Below the pieces are notes generated by a model. It saw only the letters and a program-made list of their open reading frames with translations. It did no database searches and was not told where the DNA came from. Below, one piece after another: positions 39,902 through 46,940 of a stretch of 58,002 nt of DNA. Position numbers and translations under genes: made by a program. The stretch covers positions 1 through 58,002 of the IMG/VR virus record IMGVR_UViG_3300032322_001610; one strand, written 5' to 3'. How positions within the stretch are numbered: the first letter of the stretch is position 1; each line of letters opens with the position of its first letter. Origin of the DNA: a virus (Duplodnaviria > Caudoviricetes).

Positions 39902-40123
39902 TCATGCTCGCTCCACCCAGCGCCGCAGCAGCGGAAACGCTTCGCTCCAGCGGTGCCGAGCATCGGCAGTCTGGTACGGGGTGCATATCCAGTCGCCTTC
40001 GCCCGTCTGCGAGTAGATGGGCGCGGCGGCCTGGGTGAGATCGGCCGCCAGCGATAGGGATCCCCATTTGTACTTGCGCGTGCGGAACTGGTATCGCCCG
40101 CGGCGGAGTAGGTCGGTGGTCAT
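39902..40123 (-). CDS. Hypothetical protein
   Basis: ATGA-coupled both ends; TPYQTADARH. Confidence 0.65.
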   Translation of the reverse strand: MTTDLLRRGRYQFRTRKYKWGSLSLAADLTQAAAPIYSQTGEGDWICTPYQTADARHRWSEAFPLLRRWVERA

Positions 40124-40476
40124 GCCGCCACCTCCTCGTCTACGTTGAAGACATCGTTTTCGTCCTCCTCCTCCTCATCATCGAGCGCATCCAGATCCAC
40201 ATCCACCGCCCACGGTCCGTAGCCGTCGGCGATCACTACCCACCGGTACACGTCCCAGGCCACTACGAACTCGCCGCGCTCGTCGAGTTCCTGGATCTTG
40301 GTCATGCCGGCGGCCTCGGCCCCCTCGTAGGGCGTCATATCCTCGATCACATCCTCGGCCAGATCCTCGTCTTCGTAGTCGAGGTCGTAGCCCTCGCCGC
40401 GGTATCTGCCGCGGTACCAGGCGTCGATCAGGTCTTGGGTGGGCACGGTGTGCCCGTTTAGTTCTATGGTCTTCAT
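40120..40476 (-). CDS. Highly acidic 118-aa protein
   Basis: 37 D/E vs 7 K/R; SD GAGGAG. Confidence 0.75.
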   Translation of the reverse strand: MKTIELNGHTVPTQDLIDAWYRGRYRGEGYDLDYEDEDLAEDVIEDMTPYEGAEAAGMTKIQELDERGEFVVAWDVYRWVVIADGYGPWAVDVDLDALDDEEEEDENDVFNVDEEVAA

Positions 40477-40486
40477 GGTGTTCTCC

Positions 40487-40738
40487 TCAGAATTCATAGG
40501 GCCAGAATCTGGCGTCGTGCTTCATTTTGAATTGATACTCCTCCCTGAACTGCCACGGCATCCGCGCCGGAAGCAGTCTAAACCGGACATCCTTCTCTGC
40601 CTTCCACGTCTCGCGGACAGTGTCATAGGCGACTTCGGCGCCCGACGCGCAGTCGTCATTCTCTAGGTCTACAGCGGCGCAGTCGAGCGCATATGCGACG
40701 GCCTGGCGCAGGACGTCGGCGGGTATCGTTTTGGTCAT
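40487..40738 (-). CDS. Hypothetical protein
   Basis: SD GAGGAG; MTKTIPADV... Confidence 0.65.
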   Translation of the reverse strand: MTKTIPADVLRQAVAYALDCAAVDLENDDCASGAEVAYDTVRETWKAEKDVRFRLLPARMPWQFREEYQFKMKHDARFWPYEF

Positions 40739-40791
40739 AGTGTTCTCCTCATCGTTATCGAACCATCCGGGATTCCCGGATGGTTGGCGGT

Positions 40792-41043
40792 TTATGCGGT
40801 GTGCTTCCAGCAGAACCTGATGATTCGATCCAAGGGGAGTGATTCGAGCTTTTCTCGATTCTCCGGGCTCACCGCCCCCATGACTAGCGCAATGGCCCGC
40901 GCCGTAACTCCGTCGAGGATCACCCACCCTCGATTATTCCCCCCGCCCCATGGCTTCGCATCGTATCCGCCGCCCTTCCGCGGGCGGATCATGTGTGCCT
41001 GGTGTGTCTCGAGCACTCGGCTGGCTGTTTCCGTGATCGTCAT
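40792..41043 (-). CDS. Hypothetical protein
   Basis: SD GAGGA; LDGVTARAI..V..A.S.ENREK. Confidence 0.65.
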   Translation of the reverse strand: MTITETASRVLETHQAHMIRPRKGGGYDAKPWGGGNNRGWVILDGVTARAIALVMGAVSPENREKLESLPLDRIIRFCWKHTA

Positions 41044-41171
41044 AATGTCCTCTTCTCCTGTAATCACTTGCTCAGGGCCCGTCGGCGGTGGCGACCACTA
41101 CGGCGCCGCCGGCCGACAGGTGCGCCTCCATTGAGGCGACCAGGCGGCGGTTCTGGTGCCAGTGGAGATAT

Positions 41172-41459
41172 CTATTCGCCTTCACTCGACACCCCCCCCA
41201 ACATCACCGCCAAATCATCACCGCCAGCCGCGACCAGGCGGCGGTACGTCTGCTCTTGCAGGATGCGGCCCCGGCGAGCGGGTTCCTCCCGCACCCCCGC
41301 CGTCACCACCTCGACAGGGAGTCCCGTGCGGGCGGCGATGCGGCGGGCGATCATTCTTGACGGCGTGACCGGACGGTCAGACCGTACGTCTACTTCCATC
41401 CATGCGTCCCTCACCGCTTGCCGATAGCGGCGGCGGGCTGATTTTACTGTGTCTTTCAT
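41172..41459 (-). CDS. Hypothetical basic protein
   Basis: 95-aa ORF in operon. Confidence 0.55.
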   Translation of the reverse strand: MKDTVKSARRRYRQAVRDAWMEVDVRSDRPVTPSRMIARRIAARTGLPVEVVTAGVREEPARRGRILQEQTYRRLVAAGGDDLAVMLGGVSSEGE

Positions 41460-41460
41460 T

Positions 41461-41793
41461 TTAGAGCCACTCCTGTTTCAGTAATCTTCCATCGCCGAAC
41501 AACCTGCCAGACAATTCGTACACTACATGCCACCCCATGTCCATCCCGCACCCGGACACCCTCAGGCATTCTTTCTTATCGTCGTACTGAAATCCGCACA
41601 CGGCGGCCACGCGTGGCGAGAGCCACTGGCGGCGGACCTGCCCGTCCTCGACGTAGAATCGGTATACGTCAATGTGACGCGACATTCCTGACTTCGCCAC
41701 CCCGCGTAACACGGTGATGATGGTATCTCCGGGGCGGATGTCCGCCCGGAGTTCGTCGAGCCATGCGGCTGTAGTTTTCTTATCGAATCTCAT
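41461..41793 (-). CDS. Hypothetical phage protein
   Basis: SGMSRHI and GCGMDMG motifs. Confidence 0.75.
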   Translation of the reverse strand: MRFDKKTTAAWLDELRADIRPGDTIITVLRGVAKSGMSRHIDVYRFYVEDGQVRRQWLSPRVAAVCGFQYDDKKECLRVSGCGMDMGWHVVYELSGRLFGDGRLLKQEWL

Positions 41794-42330
41794 CTAGTAC
41801 CTCCCTACCTTCTCCGCCCGCATCGGCATGAGAAGGGATTGCATATCCTGAGTCCCGCCCGTTGTCTCGAGGACGATGGCGCTGCCGTCCTTCATGTACA
41901 TGGTTACGGCAGGGCCGCCCGCCGCGTGCAAGTCTAGTATCTCTTTCATCAGCTTGGGGTCGAACGTGATACGTTGCCAGGTGTCATCTACCCGGGGGAT
42001 GACGCGCTGATAGTCCGGGAAAGAGCCAACCGGTTTATCTGCCGTCAGGGTAACGGCGCCGGCCTGAACCGTGACGTGTCCGTTGCTATGGGTGTCCGGC
42101 GCGAATGTAGCAGTACCCTTTCCGGCGTGCTTCGCCGCATCAATAGCTTGGGCGGCCGACATCAGGAAGGGCGGGAAGTCGGCGCCGCGTTCGGCGGCCT
42201 TTACGCGGGTTAACCGCTTCCCGTCCGTTGCCACCGTCTCTACAGGCGTGATGTAGATGCCTGCCAGGGTGAAACGGGATGCTTCTTTCGCCGCCAATTT
42301 GGCAATCTGAAAATTAGTCTTGGTATACAT
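41794..42330 (-). CDS. Truncated DNA polymerase III beta-clamp-like protein (178 aa)
   Basis: SRFTLAGIY, VATDGKRL, GSFPDYQRVIP, LLMPMR match DnaN middle and C-terminal motifs. Confidence 0.8.
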   Translation of the reverse strand: MYTKTNFQIAKLAAKEASRFTLAGIYITPVETVATDGKRLTRVKAAERGADFPPFLMSAAQAIDAAKHAGKGTATFAPDTHSNGHVTVQAGAVTLTADKPVGSFPDYQRVIPRVDDTWQRITFDPKLMKEILDLHAAGGPAVTMYMKDGSAIVLETTGGTQDMQSLLMPMRAEKVGRY

Positions 42331-42395
42331 ATATATATCTCCTCCAGAGCTAAACCGCTCTCCCCGGCCCGCCACGGCGGGCTAGGGACAGGGGT

Positions 42396-42734
42396 CTAGG
42401 CTGCCTTGCGCTCCTCCCACTCATAGACCATCATGCCCAGGTACTCCGCCCGACCGGAGTCGCGCCAGTCTATCTGGCTTGCGTTGTATGAGTCGAAGTA
42501 CTCGCTATCGGTATCCCCTTGCCGTAGTGAGAAGAACCCAAGAAGAGCGTACGCGCAATCAAGCGAGTCTATCGGTGTCAATGCCCCACAGTCGAAGTCT
42601 GTACCGGAGAAGATGACCTTTCGGCCGTCCTTAAACTCGTACCGGAGTACCGACTTCCCCATGCGGTCTCGCTTGAAGGTGTCCCATATCCTTAGGGTGA
42701 ATCCTTCTTTCCGCCATACTCTAATCAATTCCAT
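42396..42734 (-). CDS. Hypothetical protein downstream of ribozyme
   Basis: LLGFFSLRQGDTDSEYF..Y...Q; SD GAGGAG. Confidence 0.75.
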   Translation of the reverse strand: MELIRVWRKEGFTLRIWDTFKRDRMGKSVLRYEFKDGRKVIFSGTDFDCGALTPIDSLDCAYALLGFFSLRQGDTDSEYFDSYNASQIDWRDSGRAEYLGMMVYEWEERKAA

Positions 42735-42750
42735 AGCTCAATGTCTCCTC

Positions 42751-42811
42751 TAGCCTGTCTCATCAGCGCGGGGAGGCTATCCCCCACGGACGGCCCGTGG
42801 GCCGTTTCGAC
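42751..42811 (-). ncRNA. Hammerhead ribozyme, type II, with pseudoknot
   Basis: GUC-GAAA-CGGCC(CACG)GGCCG-UC-CGUGGGGG(AUAGCC)UCCCCGCG-CUGAUGA-GAC-AGGCUA: full core and three stems. Confidence 0.9.
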
Positions 42812-43077
42812 TATTCGCTGCTGCCGTGAAGTATTCGCTGCATGATCCGGGCGGCATGCTCCATTAATTCTTCTGCACCCAAGCAATGCCATGCAGCCAT
42901 CATGCTTAGACCATACTGATCGCGCGTTTCCTGATCAGGGAACGTCTCATCCGTATATCCGTACTGGTCGCAACATGGGTCAAACCCGATGCCGATAGCG
43001 GAAAACCAGTGCTCTAAAACCTGAATCGCTTCCTCAGGTTCGATGTCGGTCCATGGCTGTTCAAACTTCCTCATCAT
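42811..43077 (-). CDS. Hypothetical acidic protein
   Basis: MMRKFEQPW...; TAATG overlap with upstream gene. Confidence 0.65.
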   Translation of the reverse strand: MMRKFEQPWTDIEPEEAIQVLEHWFSAIGIGFDPCCDQYGYTDETFPDQETRDQYGLSMMAAWHCLGAEELMEHAARIMQRILHGSSE

Positions 43078-43232
43078 TAGTTTTCTCCCTCCATTTCCCG
43101 AATCATCTCCAAAGCTTCCTCTAGCGTTAGCGGTTCGATACCCTCCGCTATGCAATCCTCATCCGACCAGGTCCCATTTGGATCGATGGACTTCAGGATT
43201 GATATTGCTCCTTGGCGTGTTGTCATTACCAT
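43077..43232 (-). CDS. 51-aa acidic first early protein (not in ORF track)
   Basis: MVMTTRQGAISILKSIDPNGTWSDEDCIAEGIEPLTLEEALEMIREMEGEN; SD GGAGG. Confidence 0.7.
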   Translation of the reverse strand: MVMTTRQGAISILKSIDPNGTWSDEDCIAEGIEPLTLEEALEMIREMEGEN

Positions 43233-43286
43233 GCTGCCTCCATTCTCGTCACGCTAACTCGTTTAGAACCACTCAGTGACAAACCC

Positions 43287-43338
43287 AGAATAACCCATTT
43301 TCCCAGGTTTGCAAGCATTTTCTTATTAAAATAATTCA
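43287..43338. promoter_or_regulatory. Divergent early/terS promoter region
   Basis: - strand TTGCAA-N16-TATTCT with AT-rich upstream tract; + strand TAAAAT 6 nt before terS ATG. Confidence 0.65.
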
Positions 43339-43938
43339 ATGAATGACCTGATCCGACAGCTAAAACAGGACACGATTGTCCAGTATCCACGGGAGGTTTC
43401 CCGCGCACTAGAGGATATACCCGTACGCCACAGGCGATTCATCATTCTCACTGCCTGTGGGGTTAGCAGATTAGATGCATACAGGGAAGCATATAATCAT
43501 ACACTCGAAACACCCGATAATGTGATATCGGCAAGCGCAAGTAGGTTGATAGCGATAGACTCAAATAAACGTGCGCTAGAGGCTGTTACCCGATGGATTG
43601 AATCTAGGACTATTGGGACGGATAGTACTACGGCATCTCAGTACTGTTACGATAGATGGCTGGAGCTCTCGCGTCATGAGCAACCGGGGATTGCGCTCAG
43701 GGCGACAGAGTTGATTGCGAGAGCAGCGGGTATGTTTGTTTCCAGAAGCGAGATCAGGCATATCCATGCACTCGATACAGAATCGACTGAGGCGATGCTC
43801 CGAAATATCTTAGGCGATTTGGGCATAGGCGATACCATTGATGCTGCTTTCACGGCTGAACCCCAATCTTTTCAACAATTTACAACGCCTAGCTTGGGCG
43901 ATTCGTCGTGTCCCAAATGTGGGCAGGCAATCAAATAA
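43339..43938 (+). CDS. terS: Terminase small subunit
   Basis: RHRRF....G.S..DAYREAY...ASASRL HTH pattern and ALRATELIARAAGMF motif. Confidence 0.75.
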   Translation: MNDLIRQLKQDTIVQYPREVSRALEDIPVRHRRFIILTACGVSRLDAYREAYNHTLETPDNVISASASRLIAIDSNKRALEAVTRWIESRTIGTDSTTASQYCYDRWLELSRHEQPGIALRATELIARAAGMFVSRSEIRHIHALDTESTEAMLRNILGDLGIGDTIDAAFTAEPQSFQQFTTPSLGDSSCPKCGQAIK

Positions 43939-44045
43939 CGCGCCCGCGCGAGGACCCACCCCACCGCCACCCCCCTCAGCCTGGCGAGCGGCCGCCCGCG
44001 TATAAACATACGTCCCCACGCTCCCGATTTCGGATTCTTTCGCTT

Positions 44046-44094
44046 CCCCCTGCTCCATTTTCGCTCCCCCCCCCTGCTCCATTTTCGCTCCCCC
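44046..44094. repeat. 24-bp tandem direct repeat
   Basis: CCCCCTGCTCCATTTTCGCTCCCC x2. Confidence 0.85.
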
Positions 44095-44291
44095 ACACTC
44101 CCGATCTCCCCGTTTTTCGCTTTTCGCGCTCTAACGCCCCGCCACGCAATCGCTACCCACGTTCAGCCTCCAACTACCAGACAGACTCCTCCGATGCGCT
44201 GGCGCCCGGTTTCCTCTTGATTGCTGGCGTAAATTATTCCAGGACCCCCACCCGGTTTTGATTTTCTGCCGGCTTTACGACCCCCACCCTC

Positions 44292-44511
44292 GGAACGCCG
44301 GAACGCGGGGAACGCCACCCCCCTATTTAGCTATATCTTTTCTCTCTTTGTACCCTATATATACTATACCCTATACCCTATAGCTTATATATATATATCC
44401 TGTTCCATATGTTCCAATATATATAAGTATATATAGAATGATAGAGATAGCTGGAAAAGAGGGGGCGAAAAAAGGTCTTCCGGCAAGCGTTCCGGGTGGG
44501 TTTTGGGTTCC
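44292..44511. other. Putative replication origin
   Basis: AT-rich (TA)n core flanked by GGAAC/GTTCC repeats in opposite orientations, just downstream of primase-helicase. Confidence 0.6.
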
Positions 44512-44670
44512 AGGTTGGGAGAAGAGAAGGCGAAGGTGGTGAGTTGGGTAGGGTATGAGGGCTGGCGGGGGGGAGGAGGAGAATGCGAACGAGAGGGGGG
44601 CTAACGTACCCCCCCCGTGCTCAGACCAGCCGCAGCCGACTCCGGCTACACTAGTCGCAACCCGCTCCGG

Positions 44671-46800
44671 CTACACCAGCCGCAGCCCCACGACCGCTCT
44701 CCCCTTCTTCAGGTTGATCCAGACCGGGTTCGGGGTGATCTCGAAGCCGGCGGACTTCAGGCATCCAACGAAGAACTTGGGCGAGACTGCCTTGCCTGCC
44801 CAGCGGCAGTACTGCTCCCGGAGAGTGGTGACGAACGTGCGCGCTTCCGGGTCGCGCTCGCAGGCCTCGTTGATCCACTCGAGGACGGGGTTCTGCTCGT
44901 TGCGGTACTCCTCGATCTCGGTGGCGCCGGCTGACGTAAATCTGCCATCGCGCTGGTAGAGACGTTGCGCTCCCTCGAGGGCCCAGAGGAGGATTCCCTC
45001 GATCTCGTTTCGCAGCTCGTCCCAGACTTTTTTGTTCTGCTCGGACTCCGGGATGACGTGGTTGAACTGGATGAGCAGCAGCCGGTTGAAGGTGCCGCGG
45101 GATCGGTCGTTGATGGCCGGCAGGTTGTTGGTGACGATGACGTGTTTGGCAATCGGGATGTCCATGATCGCCGGGAGGAACTTCTCGTCGAACTGGATTG
45201 GCTCCTCGGTGGAGACGAGGGTTTTGAAGCCGCCGTCCGCGATCATGGCGTCGGTGGGGAGTTCGGTTAAAGCGTTGATAAGTTTGCCCCTTAGGGGTGC
45301 GCGTTTGCGCGGGTCGTCCATGTCCTGAACGGAGACGGCGCACATATTTTCCGCCCCGACGAGTTCGCGGAGCAGGAAGGGGATGGTGCTCTTGCCGCAG
45401 TTGGATTCGCCGTAGCAGAGGAGTGCTTTCTTGTATCTGGCGTGGGACATCAGGCAGTAGCCGAAGAACTCCTGGAGGGCGAGTTTCTTGGCCTCCCCGT
45501 CGTCGTCCCCGCCGAAGTAGGTGTCGAGGCAGCGCATGAGGCAGTCGGCGGTGGCGTCGGGCTGGAGGGGGACGGGGACGCAGGCCTGGAGGTAGTCCTC
45601 GGGGTCGTGCGGCCGGAGTGTGAGGGTATCGCTACGGAGGTCGACGACGCCGTTGCCCACGGCGACCTCCCAGGGCTGGAGGAGACGCCACTGCTGCGTT
45701 CGGCGGTAGGTGGTGGCCCGGATGAAGTCGGCGACCTCGGCGCGGCGGCGCTGGGTTGTCCAGGCGTTGCCGTCGCGCTCCGCGGCGAGGGATTTTAGGC
45801 GCTCGGTGGTGATCTGCTTCCAGTGATTGACGCCGTATTCGTAGAGGAGCCCGTCCACGTTGATGACGCGGTGGTCGGCGAGGATGCCGGCGCCGATGGC
45901 GTTGGGCTTGATTTTCGGGTTGCCGGATCCGTCGTCGTCGTCTGTGTTATCAGGAAATGTGAGTGCGTTTTTATCAGGAAATGTGAGTGCGTTTGTATTG
46001 GGAAATGTGAGTGCGTTGCTATCAGATTTTCTGAGTGTGATGTTCGGCGAATACCTGCTGATAACCCACTCGACGATCCGCCTGACGTTCTGGTCGGGTG
46101 GGACCTCCTCGCACGTCTGGGCGGCGCGGAGGACCCGGTTGAGGATCTCATCTTCGGGGATGCCGCGGGCGCGGAGGGAGGAGGCGTACTTGAACAGCGT
46201 GGTGTGCTGGGTGCCCTTGCGGATGGAGGGAGGAAGGCTGAAGCGGCTCTGCGGGGAGGGCTGGCGGCGCTCGGAGGTGGCGACGAGGGCGACGAGCCAG
46301 TCGGGGGCGGTGGTGAGCAGAGACCGGGAGGGGGCCTCGTCGAGGTCGAGCCACTGGTAGATGTGCCCGCTGGGGTGAACGGACGGCGGCGCGACGACGT
46401 AGCCCCCGGTACCGCGGATGTCGACGCCGGGGTAGACCTGGCCGGCGCTGTTGCGGACGCTCGTGTTCGGCGGGAGGGCGTAGAACAGGTGGCGGCCCTT
46501 CGCGGTGATGGCGGTGAGCGAGTCGGGGAGTTCGTTGGCGTCGGCCCACAGCGCGGCGGCAGGACCGTCGAGGTCGACGACGAAGAAACCGTGGCCGGTG
46601 GCGATGCCGATGTTGGCGTCGGGGATCTGCTCCCACCACTCGCGGATGCGGTCGGCGTCGAAGGTGGCGTCCTTGCAGCCGTGCGGGGACGCGGGGATTT
46701 TGTCCCTCCGCTTGAGCGGGTGGACGGGCCAGCCGGCGCGGGCGTAGGAGATGGCGGCGTCGGCAAGGGACATGTTGGTGGGCGCGTTGGATAGGCTCAC
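44671..46800 (-). CDS. Primase-polymerase / SF3 (D5/P4-type) helicase fusion
   Basis: ANIGIATG..FFVVDLDG, DIRGTGGYVVAPPS; Walker A GESNCGKST. Confidence 0.92.
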   Translation of the reverse strand: MSLSNAPTNMSLADAAISYARAGWPVHPLKRRDKIPASPHGCKDATFDADRIREWWEQIPDANIGIATGHGFFVVDLDGPAAALWADANELPDSLTAITAKGRHLFYALPPNTSVRNSAGQVYPGVDIRGTGGYVVAPPSVHPSGHIYQWLDLDEAPSRSLLTTAPDWLVALVATSERRQPSPQSRFSLPPSIRKGTQHTTLFKYASSLRARGIPEDEILNRVLRAAQTCEEVPPDQNVRRIVEWVISRYSPNITLRKSDSNALTFPNTNALTFPDKNALTFPDNTDDDDGSGNPKIKPNAIGAGILADHRVINVDGLLYEYGVNHWKQITTERLKSLAAERDGNAWTTQRRRAEVADFIRATTYRRTQQWRLLQPWEVAVGNGVVDLRSDTLTLRPHDPEDYLQACVPVPLQPDATADCLMRCLDTYFGGDDDGEAKKLALQEFFGYCLMSHARYKKALLCYGESNCGKSTIPFLLRELVGAENMCAVSVQDMDDPRKRAPLRGKLINALTELPTDAMIADGGFKTLVSTEEPIQFDEKFLPAIMDIPIAKHVIVTNNLPAINDRSRGTFNRLLLIQFNHVIPESEQNKKVWDELRNEIEGILLWALEGAQRLYQRDGRFTSAGATEIEEYRNEQNPVLEWINEACERDPEARTFVTTLREQYCRWAGKAVSPKFFVGCLKSAGFEITPNPVWINLKKGRAVVGLRLV
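45947..46018. repeat. Three 24-bp AT-rich repeats inside primase gene
   Basis: TTATCAGGAAATGTGAGTGCGTTT x2 plus variant; encode NALTFP(N/D). Confidence 0.9.
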
Positions 46801-46940
46801 GAGATTTTCCTGAGTAGCGGGAGTGTGGAGGTAAGTAGGAGTAAAGGGGTCACGAGATTTTCCTGAGTAAAAGGGTCACGATGTTTTCCTGAGTAAAAGG
46901 GTCACGATGTTTTCCTGAGTAAAAGGGTCACGATGTTTTC
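46797..46940 (-). repeat. 26-bp tandem repeat encoding four GTGA-overlapping minigenes
   Basis: Unit CCCTTTTACTCAGGAAAACATCGTGA on - strand; ORFs 46931-46902, 46905-46876, 46879-46850, 46853-46797. Confidence 0.85.

Noticed and set aside
45795-46766. Same-strand alternative-frame ORF inside primase as a nested gene
   Set aside because: P/S/T/R-rich translation typical of off-frame GC-rich DNA; lacks motifs, unlike the methyltransferase inner ORF
46797-46940. Mini CRISPR array
   Set aside because: Units are directly tandem with only one intervening segment; no unique spacers and no cas genes
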